Source: Clostridiales bacterium (GTDB taxonomy: Bacteria; Bacillota; Clostridia; Christensenellales; DTU072). Taken from it: 64,000 nt of DNA. The notes beneath the pieces are model-generated. The model had not been told where the DNA came from and searched no databases. It was given only the letters and a program-made list of their open reading frames with translations. Position numbers and translations under genes: made by a program. The first letter of the stretch is position 1. Every line of letters starts with the position of its first letter. The stretch is taken from assembly GCA_012799455.1 (NCBI GenBank), contig JAAZLE010000096.1, forward strand, positions 15,479-79,478. The letters are read 5' to 3'. Of the stretch, positions 8,623-18,432 are shown one piece after another.

Positions 8623-9642
8623 ATGATTAACAATATTGCAGAAATTAAAGATGATATTCTAATGTCAATAAAAGATATCGAGTCGGTAGAACAGTTACAA
8701 ACGATACGAGTCAAGTATTTAGGACGCTCGGGAATACTTACAAATCTTCTAAAGGATTTGAAAAATGTCAATCCCCAAGATAGACCATTGTATGGGAAAC
8801 TATTGAATGATACACAACGTTTTATTGAGCAAAATATCGATACAGTTATGGAAAAACTGCTCAGTAGAGATAAATTACTGCGTGAAAAAAGCGAATCAAT
8901 AGATGTTTCTTTCTCTAAAATTACAGCAAAAAGAGGTGCGTTGCATCCACTAACTAAAGTCAAGAACGAAATAATTAATATTTTTATTGGGCTAGGATTT
9001 TCGGTTGAAGAAGGCCCTGAAATTGAATACACAAAGTATAATTTTGAATTATTAAACATAGCTGCTGATCATCCAGCTCGAGCATTTGCCGATAGTTTTT
9101 ATATAACAAACGATATAATGTTAAGAACTCAGACATCAGGGATACAAGCTAGAGTTATGGAGAAACAAACACCTCCCATTAAAATAGTTTGTCCAGGTAA
9201 GGTTTATAGGCCGGATGCTGATGCCACACATTCGCCTATGTTTCAACAAATTGAAGGATTATATGTAGATAAATCAGTATCTTTAGCAGACTTAAAGTAT
9301 ACACTAGAGCTTTTTGCAAAGGAGTTTTTTGATAAAGATACAAAAGTTCGGTTTAGGCCTTCGTATTTTCCATTTACGGAACCAAGCGTTGAAGTAGATT
9401 TAAGTTGCGCAATGTGTCATGGTAAGGGATGCTTCCTGTGCAAAAACACGGGATGGCTAGAGTTATTAGGAGCTGGTGTAGTAAATCCAATAGTGCTAGA
9501 AAACTGTGGTATTGATTCTACTGTTTATTCTGGATATGCATTTGGGATAGGTATTGAAAGGGCTACTATGGTCAAATATGGTATTCCAGATATGAGATTG
9601 TTATTTGAAAACGATATAAGAATGCTCGAACAATTTAAATAA
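8623..9642 (+). CDS. pheS: Phenylalanine--tRNA ligase alpha subunit
   Basis: Class II motifs including FRPSYFPFTEPS and GAGVVNP...GIGIER. The ATG at 8623 is preceded by GAGG at 8609-8612. An extended -10 (TGtTATAAT) lies at 8582-8590. Confidence 0.96.
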   Translation: MINNIAEIKDDILMSIKDIESVEQLQTIRVKYLGRSGILTNLLKDLKNVNPQDRPLYGKLLNDTQRFIEQNIDTVMEKLLSRDKLLREKSESIDVSFSKITAKRGALHPLTKVKNEIINIFIGLGFSVEEGPEIEYTKYNFELLNIAADHPARAFADSFYITNDIMLRTQTSGIQARVMEKQTPPIKIVCPGKVYRPDADATHSPMFQQIEGLYVDKSVSLADLKYTLELFAKEFFDKDTKVRFRPSYFPFTEPSVEVDLSCAMCHGKGCFLCKNTGWLELLGAGVVNPIVLENCGIDSTVYSGYAFGIGIERATMVKYGIPDMRLLFENDIRMLEQFK

Positions 9643-9662
9643 TATTATATGGAGAGATAAAG

Positions 9663-12044
9663 ATGTTAGTTCCAATTAGTTGGTTAGAAGATTATGTGAA
9701 AATTACAATTACACCTGAAGAATTAAGCGAGAAACTAGTAGCTTGTGGTTTTGAGATAGAAGAAATAATTGATTTATCAAAAAAAATACAAAACGTATAT
9801 ACTGCAAAAATCCTTGAGATTAAAGAACATCCAGAAAGCAAAAAGCTTAACCTTTGCAAAATTGACGTTGCGCAGAATGGTGTTTTTAATATTGTTACTA
9901 ATGATTTATCGTTGAAAGTAGATGATATTGTGCCTGTAGCGCTAGATGGAGCTGTTTTATTTGATGGAAAAAAAGTGAAGAAATGTGCTATAAAAAATGT
10001 AGATTCATACGGAATGTTTTGTGGTGTTTCTGAGCTGGGATGTGATTTAAGTGATTTTAAAGGAGCGTCATATGATTCTGTGCTTAAACTACCATTGGAT
10101 ACTCCCATAGGTTGTGATATTAATAAATTACTAGGTAGGGATGATATTGTTTTAGATGTTTCCGTAACTGCTAACAGAGCAGATGCCAATAGTATAATTG
10201 GTATTGCGCGTGAAGTAGCTGCTATAACAAACCAAAAAATTAAAAACATACTCCCTAACAATGATATTAAAATAAAATCTCAAACTTTAACTATACAAAA
10301 TCAAGCTTCAGATCTTTGTCGTAGATATATTGGAGCAGTTATTGATAAAGTAAAAATAACCGAATCTCCATTATTAATTAAAAATAGGTTAAAAAGTGTA
10401 GGAATTAGGCCTGTTAATAACATTGTAGATATTACCAATTATGTGTTAATTGCGACAGGTCAACCTATGCATGCATTCGATGCTGATAAAGTTTCGAATA
10501 GAACTATTGTAGTAAGACAGGCGAGAGAAGGAGAAAGTATAGTAGCTCTGGATGGTAATAAATATGATCTTGATAAAAACATGCTTGCGATTTGCGATGT
10601 GAATAATCCTTTAGCGATAGCTGGTGTTATGGGGGGAGTAGAGTCTTCGATAACAAACAATACAACAGCGATTATTTTAGAAAGTGCTAATTTTGCTAGA
10701 GATAACATTAGACATACTTCTCGGAAGTTAGGCCTACAATCAGATAGTTCAATCCGCTTTGAAAAAGGTATAGATTTATATTCTCAAGAAATAGGAATGT
10801 GGTTAGCAATTCAGCTCATTGAAAAACATAAATGGGGAAATTTCAAGGAATTCGTAGATAGTTTAGCAGAGGAAATATCTCCTAAAACAATAACATTTAC
10901 AAAGGATAACATAGAGAAAATACTAGGTATTAGCCTTAAAGACTCTCAGGTGTTATCAGTACTTAATAGCCTTGAGTTTAGTGTCAACAAGGTAAAAAAT
11001 TCAGATTCTTTTAAAGTTATAGTTCCTCGATGGAGAGAAGATATAGTTGGTGTAAATGATATTGCTGAAGAAATTATTAGGATTATTGGATTTGATAGCA
11101 TCGAAACAGTATGCTATAAAGAGATGAGCCTATTACGCGGCAGTAAATCGAAAAAACAACTTACAGTAGATAAAATAAAAGAAATATTACTTGGATGGGG
11201 AGCAAGCGAAATTATTACTTATTCTTTTATAAACCCTAATTTTTCTAGTTTATTAAAAACCTTCGATAATAAATGTATAGAACTTTTAAACCCATTAAGT
11301 GAAGATTTTTCTGTTATGCGCAATAATTTAGCTTTTAGCATGCTAAAAACAATATCCTCTAATTATAATCATGGTAATAAAAGAATTCGACTTTTTGAGA
11401 TAGCTAATGTTTATATTCCTGAGGTTTTGCCGTTACAGACACTTCCTAAAGAGGAACTAGTATTATGTATTTCTGCAATAGGAGAAGACTTTTATGAGTT
11501 CAAGGCTGTTGTAGATATGCTTTTTGATGTTTTAAGAATAGATATTAACGTTGAAAAAGCTAATAATCTGCCATATATGCATCCTTATCGCCTCGCAAAA
11601 ATCAATGAGAGCATCACTGGTGGTTTTATTGGCTATTTTGGCGAAGTAAACTCATCTGTTGCCGAGGAGTTAAATATTAACTCAAAAATGTTTATTGCTG
11701 AATTAAATCTATCAAAAATACTTGAAATAGCGTCTGACTTCACTACATTTAAAATTATATCAAAATATCAATCTTCAGAGAGAGATATTGCTGTTTTAGT
11801 AAATGAAAACGTAATTGCAGCAGATCTACTTAATACAATTAAGGAATTGAATCAAAAAAATTTGGTAGATTATAAAATTTTCGATATCTATTCAGGAGCG
11901 CAAGTTAGAGAAGGCTATAAGAGCGTGGCAATTAATCTCAAATATCAAAACATGGACAAAACATTAACAGAAGATGAAATTAATACCGATGTTGTGGATA
12001 TACTAGAAGCTTTAAAAATAAAATATGATGCAATCTTACGTTAA
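9663..12044 (+). CDS. pheT: Phenylalanine--tRNA ligase beta subunit
   Basis: 793 aa. N-terminal tRNA-binding OB domain, B3/4 and B5 regions, and a C-terminal FDX-ACB-like end. Follows pheS directly. Confidence 0.96.
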   Translation: MLVPISWLEDYVKITITPEELSEKLVACGFEIEEIIDLSKKIQNVYTAKILEIKEHPESKKLNLCKIDVAQNGVFNIVTNDLSLKVDDIVPVALDGAVLFDGKKVKKCAIKNVDSYGMFCGVSELGCDLSDFKGASYDSVLKLPLDTPIGCDINKLLGRDDIVLDVSVTANRADANSIIGIAREVAAITNQKIKNILPNNDIKIKSQTLTIQNQASDLCRRYIGAVIDKVKITESPLLIKNRLKSVGIRPVNNIVDITNYVLIATGQPMHAFDADKVSNRTIVVRQAREGESIVALDGNKYDLDKNMLAICDVNNPLAIAGVMGGVESSITNNTTAIILESANFARDNIRHTSRKLGLQSDSSIRFEKGIDLYSQEIGMWLAIQLIEKHKWGNFKEFVDSLAEEISPKTITFTKDNIEKILGISLKDSQVLSVLNSLEFSVNKVKNSDSFKVIVPRWREDIVGVNDIAEEIIRIIGFDSIETVCYKEMSLLRGSKSKKQLTVDKIKEILLGWGASEIITYSFINPNFSSLLKTFDNKCIELLNPLSEDFSVMRNNLAFSMLKTISSNYNHGNKRIRLFEIANVYIPEVLPLQTLPKEELVLCISAIGEDFYEFKAVVDMLFDVLRIDINVEKANNLPYMHPYRLAKINESITGGFIGYFGEVNSSVAEELNINSKMFIAELNLSKILEIASDFTTFKIISKYQSSERDIAVLVNENVIAADLLNTIKELNQKNLVDYKIFDIYSGAQVREGYKSVAINLKYQNMDKTLTEDEINTDVVDILEALKIKYDAILR

Positions 12045-12080
12045 AAGGTAAGATGCGCAATAGCGAATACTGGGAGATAA

Positions 12081-13205
12081 ATGATTTATTTTGACAATGC
12101 GGCTACAACTAAATGTTCAGGTGAAGTATTAGATATATATAATATGTATGCAAGTGATTACTTTTATAATCCATCCACGCTATATACACAAGGTGTTAAT
12201 GTAAAAAGAGACATTAATCGAGCACGTGCTAATATCCTAAGCTTATTTAATGCGAGTCCATTAGATAATTTGATATTTACTTCCGGAGGCACAGAAAGTA
12301 ATGTAACTGCATTATTAGGGTCTAAAAAAAAGCCTCATAGTAAAATAATAATATCTGAATCGGAACATAACTCAGTCCATCAAACTGCAATGGAGTTGAA
12401 AAACCGTGGCTATGAAGTAGTGCTTGCTCCCGTTGATTCTAACGGATTAGTAGACATTGGAGCTTTTACAAAGTTGTTATCAAAAAACGTGGCGTTAGTT
12501 TCGATTATTCATGTCAATAATGAAACTGGGGGAATAAATAATATTAAAAAACTCGCCGAAATAACAAAATTAGTATCGAAAGATATTATTTTTCATTCAG
12601 ATGGGGTGCAGGCTGTAGGTAAAATTAAAGTAGATTTCACTGATTTAAACGTAGATTTCTATTCTTGTTCCGCCCATAAAATAGAAGGGCCTAAGGGCTG
12701 TGGGGCGCTCGTAATAAAGAATAACCGCCACGTAAACCCTTTGATTTTAGGTGGGGGTCAGGAGTTTAACCTTCGTTCATCCACTGAAAATGTTCCAGCG
12801 ATAATGGCATTTAACAATGCTTTAACAAGAAGAGTCAATGCTTTAGATTGTAATTTTGACAAGGTTAATTTGTTTTTCAATAAGTTATTTAATTATTTTT
12901 CGGCATATAGAGACATCCAAATATTATCGACACGGGAAGGTTCGCCATATATTCTTGCAGTAGCACTGTCAGGTATAAGAGGCGAAGTTATGCAACATGC
13001 TATGGAAATGGACAACATATTAATAGGTACAGGTAGTGCATGTACCTCAAACAAACAAACTAAACGTATCCCATCGGCATTAAAATTAAGTAAAAATTTT
13101 ATAGATGGTATAATAAGAATTAGTTTTAATCACGATAACACAATAGAAGAAATACATAAATTTACAGAATCCTTTGAAAAGTTGTATAAACAATTAAAAC
13201 GGTAG
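12081..13205 (+). CDS. Cysteine desulfurase (NifS/IscS family) paired with thiI
   Basis: 374 aa class-V aminotransferase with PLP-lysine context SCSAHKIEGPKGCGAL and active-site Cys loop GTGSACTS. Adjacent to thiI, like Bacillus nifZ. Confidence 0.9.
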   Translation: MIYFDNAATTKCSGEVLDIYNMYASDYFYNPSTLYTQGVNVKRDINRARANILSLFNASPLDNLIFTSGGTESNVTALLGSKKKPHSKIIISESEHNSVHQTAMELKNRGYEVVLAPVDSNGLVDIGAFTKLLSKNVALVSIIHVNNETGGINNIKKLAEITKLVSKDIIFHSDGVQAVGKIKVDFTDLNVDFYSCSAHKIEGPKGCGALVIKNNRHVNPLILGGGQEFNLRSSTENVPAIMAFNNALTRRVNALDCNFDKVNLFFNKLFNYFSAYRDIQILSTREGSPYILAVALSGIRGEVMQHAMEMDNILIGTGSACTSNKQTKRIPSALKLSKNFIDGIIRISFNHDNTIEEIHKFTESFEKLYKQLKR

Positions 13206-13220
13206 TGAAAGGAGCTTTAT

Positions 13221-14396
13221 ATGAATAATGAACAATATGAATATAATTGTATTCTAATCAGACAAGGAGAAATATTTTTAAAGGGTAAAAATCGTAGTAA
13301 ATTTGAGTCATTACTTTTGAAAAACATTAAACAAAAACTTAAATCATTTAAATGTGCACTGCAATTATCGAGAAATCGTATTTATGTTGAAGATTTTAAC
13401 AAAGAAGATTTACAAAAGATAATTTTTGCTCTGTCTAAAACTTTTGGTGTTATTAGCTTAAGTAAGTCTGTAAAAGTCTCAACAGATATTGACAGAATAG
13501 CTGAGATTGCTGGGGATATGATACCAAACGAGGGGACGTTTAGGGTAACGGTTAAGCGAGCCGATAAAAGTATTAACCAAACGTCTACAGAAATTGCAGC
13601 ATATGTGGGTGGAAAAATTTTGAAAAACAAAAAAGATCTTAAAGTTGATTTACATAGTTATGATTGCAATATAAATATAGATATAAGAGAAAATGGTTTT
13701 TCATATATATTCACGGAAGTTATTCCTGCAGTTGGCGGATTGCCAGTAGGATGTAGTGGAACTGCCGCTCTTTTGTTGTCTGGCGGGATAGATAGTCCGG
13801 TTGCTGGATATTATATGAGTAAAAGAGGTCTAAAATTATTCGGTATTCACTTTTATTCTTTTCCTTACACAAGCGAATCGGCACTCCAAAAAGTAAGGGA
13901 TTTATCAAATATTTTATCAGAATATAATATTGGCTTTAATTTATATATAGTTCCGTTCACGGATATTCAACTAGCAATAAAAAATGCTTGCCCTCCTGAG
14001 CTCACGATTACAATTATGAGAAGATTTATGATGAGAATTGCGCAGAGAATTGTCAAGATGAACAAAACAAATGCGATTGTTACTGGCGAAAGCCTAGGAC
14101 AAGTTGCCAGCCAAACGATAAAAGGCATGATTTCAACAGATCAGGTTTTAGATAATGATATTTTGACAATTAGGCCACTTATTGGATTTGATAAAGAAGA
14201 AACCATTAAGATATCAAAAATGCTAGGTGCCTTTAATATAAGTACTTTACCCTATGATGATTGTTGTACATTATTTATTCCCAAAAACCCATCGATCAGC
14301 CCTAATCTTAAATTTGTTATAGAAAAAGAAAGTGCTTTAGATATTGACGCTTTAGTAAATAAAGCGCTAGAGAATATAGTTATTGAGCATTTTTAA
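13221..14396 (+). CDS. thiI: tRNA 4-thiouridine synthase ThiI
   Basis: 391 aa with a THUMP-like N-terminus and PP-loop LLSGGIDSPVA. A GAAAGGAG SD lies upstream. Confidence 0.93.
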   Translation: MNNEQYEYNCILIRQGEIFLKGKNRSKFESLLLKNIKQKLKSFKCALQLSRNRIYVEDFNKEDLQKIIFALSKTFGVISLSKSVKVSTDIDRIAEIAGDMIPNEGTFRVTVKRADKSINQTSTEIAAYVGGKILKNKKDLKVDLHSYDCNINIDIRENGFSYIFTEVIPAVGGLPVGCSGTAALLLSGGIDSPVAGYYMSKRGLKLFGIHFYSFPYTSESALQKVRDLSNILSEYNIGFNLYIVPFTDIQLAIKNACPPELTITIMRRFMMRIAQRIVKMNKTNAIVTGESLGQVASQTIKGMISTDQVLDNDILTIRPLIGFDKEETIKISKMLGAFNISTLPYDDCCTLFIPKNPSISPNLKFVIEKESALDIDALVNKALENIVIEHF

Positions 14397-14413
14397 GCGC
14401 TATTCGTTAATTG

Positions 14414-14442
14414 TTGCGAACTTTTAGCTGATTTAGTATAAT
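14414..14442 (+). promoter_or_regulatory. Sigma-A-type promoter ending 6 nt before the miaB ATG (leaderless-type layout)
   Basis: TTGCGA (14414-14419), 17-nt spacer, TATAAT (14437-14442), then TTTTGT and the ATG at 14449. No SD. Confidence 0.5.
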
Positions 14443-14448
14443 TTTTGT

Positions 14449-15798
14449 ATGTGTAATTTAGCATGTTTTTTTATTGAAACATTTGGTTGTCAAATGAATG
14501 TTTATGACTCGGAAAAGTTGGCAGGGATCCTCTCGGAGCTTGGATATTTGCCAACAAATGATGTTTCTCAGGCAAGTATTGTTGTTCTTAATACATGCTG
14601 TATTCGTAATACTGCAGAAAATAAAGTTTTAGGTAGGATTGGCGAGTTAAAAAAACTTAAGGATAAAAATAGAGAGATATTAATTATTTTAGTTGGTTGC
14701 ATGATTCAACAAGAAGATAAGGCTAAGGAGCTTTTAAAAAAACATTCTTTTATTGATATTTTTATAGGAACAAAAAATTTAAATAAATTATCGGCAATAA
14801 TTAAAAACACACTTCAAGATAAAAAGAATGAAAAACATAGTGAAAAAATATTTGTTGAACCTTTTTCTATAAATAATGATTATATAGAGCAGATAACTAC
14901 TCCTGCATATAGAACATCTTTCCCAAACGCTTGGGTTAATATTATAAGCGGTTGCAATAACTTTTGTTCGTATTGTATTGTGCCGTACGTGCGTGGAAGA
15001 GAAAAAAGTATACATCCAGATATAATATATGCTGAAGTTGTAAGTTTGTTAGAAAAGGGATATAAAGAAATAACCCTTCTTGGACAAAATGTTAATAGTT
15101 ATGGTAATGATAGTTTAGAAGGCTGGAATTTCAATGAATTACTTATAAGACTTGCAAAAATTAATATGAAATACAGGCTAAGATTTATGACATCTAATCC
15201 CAAAGATTTAACTCCTGAAATAATTTCGACTGTTAGGGAATATAATAACATATCAAAACATATTCATCTTCCTTTACAGTCAGGGTCTAATAGGATTTTG
15301 CAGCTAATGAATCGAAAATACACGTACGAAGACTACTATGATTTAACTAAAAAGATTAAAAAAATTCCAGATGTAGCCATAACAACAGATATTATGGTTG
15401 GATTTCCTACAGAAACAGAAGAAGATTTTTTAGACACGCTTCGCGCCGTAGAAGATATTAAATTTCATAATGCTTTTATGTTTGTTTATTCCGCGAGAAC
15501 TGGAACGCAAGCATCGAAAATGCCCCAACTCCCCAATAAGATTAAAAAGGAAAGGATAACAAGGTTGGTAGGAATGCAAAATGGGATTTCTCAAAACATT
15601 AGTCAAAAATACATAGGCAAAACATATGAGGTATTAATTGAAGACACAATAAAGGGTTCCAACAAAGTTTGTGGCCGTACAGATAATGGTAGGCTAGTGA
15701 GTATGGCTGGAGAAAGGGAATTAATTGGCAAGTTTGTAAACGTTAATATTATAACAACTAAGGGGTCATCTTTGATAGGAGAAATTGAAAATGATTAG
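14449..15798 (+). CDS. miaB: tRNA-i6A37 methylthiotransferase MiaB
   Basis: 449 aa. N-terminal UPF0004 cysteines (TFGCQMN...NTCCIR), radical-SAM CNNFCSYCIVP and a C-terminal TRAM domain. Confidence 0.93.
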   Translation: MCNLACFFIETFGCQMNVYDSEKLAGILSELGYLPTNDVSQASIVVLNTCCIRNTAENKVLGRIGELKKLKDKNREILIILVGCMIQQEDKAKELLKKHSFIDIFIGTKNLNKLSAIIKNTLQDKKNEKHSEKIFVEPFSINNDYIEQITTPAYRTSFPNAWVNIISGCNNFCSYCIVPYVRGREKSIHPDIIYAEVVSLLEKGYKEITLLGQNVNSYGNDSLEGWNFNELLIRLAKINMKYRLRFMTSNPKDLTPEIISTVREYNNISKHIHLPLQSGSNRILQLMNRKYTYEDYYDLTKKIKKIPDVAITTDIMVGFPTETEEDFLDTLRAVEDIKFHNAFMFVYSARTGTQASKMPQLPNKIKKERITRLVGMQNGISQNISQKYIGKTYEVLIEDTIKGSNKVCGRTDNGRLVSMAGERELIGKFVNVNIITTKGSSLIGEIEND

Positions 15799-18421
15799 TA
15801 AAGCACCGGAGTTATCAGAAATGATGAAACATTATTTCTATATAAAAGAACAGTATAGTGACTGTATTATTTTTTATAGACTAGGTGATTTTTATGAGAT
15901 GTTTTTTGATGATGCACTAACTGCTAGTAAAGTTCTTAATATTACTCTTACGGGACGTGATTGCGGGCTCTCAGAAAGGGCTCCTATGTGTGGTGTCCCA
16001 TATCATGCTGCTGATACATATATTGCAAAATTAATACAAGAAGGATATAAAGTAGCAATATGTGAACAATTATCATCTCCATCTGATCAAAAAGGTATGG
16101 TTAAAAGAGATGTAGTTAGGGTTATAACCCCTGGGACAATAACAGACGATAAATCTTTGGATGCGGAGTCTAATAACTATTTATTATCTGTATATATGGC
16201 TGGGGATTTTGCGGGTTTTGCATGGGCAGATATATCCACTGGAACTGTAAATGTTTATCAGCAACAAATAGACGGCATAACTCATTTCTTAGATCAAATT
16301 TTATCAATTAACCCATCGGAAATAATATCTAATAAGGAGGCTTATACTACAATACTTTCTACCGATTATGTTGAAAATGAAATGATAGTTAAGCCTGAAC
16401 ATTTTTATGAACTGTCTTTTGAGTTTGGCAATGCTACGGACTCAATACTTAAGTTCTATAGAATACAGACAACACAAGCGCTTGGGATGGAAACCACACC
16501 GTTTTCAGTCTGTGCTTTAGGCGCATTACTTAGATATATTGAATTAACCCAAAAACAAATGTTGGAACATGTGAAAATGCCTCAAGTAATTATGCGCGAT
16601 AACAGGATGTTTCTAGATTTTACCACAAAGAGGAATTTAGAGTTAGTACAAACGTTAATTGACAATAACAAGCAAGGTAGTTTATTAGGGGTTCTTGATA
16701 AAACGTCTACTAGTATGGGTGTAAGAGAATTAAAAAATACAATACTTGAACCAACTCGAGATTATGTAGAAATTAACAATAGGTTAGATGCCGTAGAGGA
16801 GTTGATAAAACATACCAACAGGAGATTAGACATCAAAGCCTCACTGTCAGAGATACGAGATATTGAAAGGTTGTGTAATAAAATTGCATACAATACAATC
16901 AATCCGCGTGAAATTATTAGTATAATGATTTCGTTAAAAAAAGTATTTGAAATAAAAGTTTTGTTAAAAGCGAGTAAAGCACAAGTTTTAAAATCCATAT
17001 ATACAAAACTGGATGATTTACCAGAACTTGTTAGTTTAATTACAAAAGCAATAACTGATAATCCTCCTATAACATTAAGAGATGGGATGGTAATTAGAGA
17101 AGGTTACAATGCGGAATTAGATAAATTAAGGAATGCTCAAAAGAATGCAAATAAATGGTTACTTGAATATGAACAAGAACAGAAAGAAGTAACGGGATTA
17201 AAAACACTAAAAGTAGGCTATAATAAAGTATTTGGGTACTATATTGAAGTAAGCAACTCATATCTTGATAAGGTACCTGATAATTATACGAGGAAGCAAA
17301 CCTTAAAAAGTGGTGAGAGATTTATAACTGAAGAACTTAAAAATATGGAAGAGTTGATCTTAAATGCATTCGACAAATCGATAGAGTTAGAGACTAGAAT
17401 ATATGACAATATCAAGGACGAACTAAGGTCAAATATAAAAAATATTCAAGATAACGCTTCATTAATCGCGAGGCTAGACGTATTAATGTCGTTCGCAGAA
17501 GTTTCTATACAAAATAACTATGTGAGACCTGAAATTAACTTCAAAAACAACGATATTATCATTAAAAATGGAAGGCACCCAGTAGTTGAGTCTCAGAGGA
17601 AAGGTAAGGCATTTATTCCTAACGATATATCACTTAAGGATGATGCTAAAACATTAATAATTACAGGACCAAACATGGGTGGAAAGTCTACATATATGCG
17701 TCAGGTAGCATTGATTATATTGATGTGTCACATGGGCTGTTTTGTCCCTGCAGAATACGCTTTAATTAGACCTATAGATAGGGTTTTTACAAGAATAGGA
17801 GCTAGTGACAATCTTGTTGCAGGTCAATCAACATTTATGGTCGAAATGACCGAAGCGGCGAATATACTTAATAATTCCACGTCTAACAGTTTAGTTTTAT
17901 TTGATGAAATAGGCAGAGGTACTTCTACGTTAGATGGATTGGCAATAGCATGGGCAATTGTTGAGTTTATTTCGTTAAAAATTAAAGCTTATACGTTATT
18001 CGCTACGCATTATCATGAATTATCTGAATTGGAATATATAATACCCACGATTAAAAACTATCATTTATTGATAAAATATACTGGTGGCGAAATGGTTTTT
18101 TTGTACAAACTTACTAGAGGAAGTACTAACAAGAGTTTTGGAGTTGAGGTAGCCTCGATGGCAGGTATAAACGATGTTGTTATAACAAGAGCAAAAAAAA
18201 TTATGGAGTTACTCGAAAAAACTCATAAAATATATGATATTAAAGAAATTGTAACGTCTGAGCCGGGAAAAGACGCAATACCGTTAAACCAAATAAGTTT
18301 TTTTGAAGCAGATACAAAAACAAAAGAAATACTTAATATAGTTGATGCAATAGATGTAAATAATTGTACGCCTTTTGAAGCATTAACAATACTTTCAAAT
18401 CTAAAAAACCTTCGTAAATAA
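15791..18421 (+). CDS. mutS: DNA mismatch repair protein MutS
   Basis: Walker A GPNMGGKST, STFMVEM and DEIGRGTST motifs. The ATG at 15791 overlaps the miaB stop; the ORF-track TTG at 15785 is less likely. Confidence 0.96.
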   Translation: MISKAPELSEMMKHYFYIKEQYSDCIIFYRLGDFYEMFFDDALTASKVLNITLTGRDCGLSERAPMCGVPYHAADTYIAKLIQEGYKVAICEQLSSPSDQKGMVKRDVVRVITPGTITDDKSLDAESNNYLLSVYMAGDFAGFAWADISTGTVNVYQQQIDGITHFLDQILSINPSEIISNKEAYTTILSTDYVENEMIVKPEHFYELSFEFGNATDSILKFYRIQTTQALGMETTPFSVCALGALLRYIELTQKQMLEHVKMPQVIMRDNRMFLDFTTKRNLELVQTLIDNNKQGSLLGVLDKTSTSMGVRELKNTILEPTRDYVEINNRLDAVEELIKHTNRRLDIKASLSEIRDIERLCNKIAYNTINPREIISIMISLKKVFEIKVLLKASKAQVLKSIYTKLDDLPELVSLITKAITDNPPITLRDGMVIREGYNAELDKLRNAQKNANKWLLEYEQEQKEVTGLKTLKVGYNKVFGYYIEVSNSYLDKVPDNYTRKQTLKSGERFITEELKNMEELILNAFDKSIELETRIYDNIKDELRSNIKNIQDNASLIARLDVLMSFAEVSIQNNYVRPEINFKNNDIIIKNGRHPVVESQRKGKAFIPNDISLKDDAKTLIITGPNMGGKSTYMRQVALIILMCHMGCFVPAEYALIRPIDRVFTRIGASDNLVAGQSTFMVEMTEAANILNNSTSNSLVLFDEIGRGTSTLDGLAIAWAIVEFISLKIKAYTLFATHYHELSELEYIIPTIKNYHLLIKYTGGEMVFLYKLTRGSTNKSFGVEVASMAGINDVVITRAKKIMELLEKTHKIYDIKEIVTSEPGKDAIPLNQISFFEADTKTKEILNIVDAIDVNNCTPFEALTILSNLKNLRK

Positions 18422-18432
18422 AGAGGTGATAA

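Noticed and set aside
8466-9059. 197-aa - strand ORF overlapping the pheS promoter and 5' half
   Set aside because: It is a Ser/Ile/Phe-rich low-complexity antisense translation of an AT-rich region. pheS on the + strand has unambiguous class II synthetase motifs.
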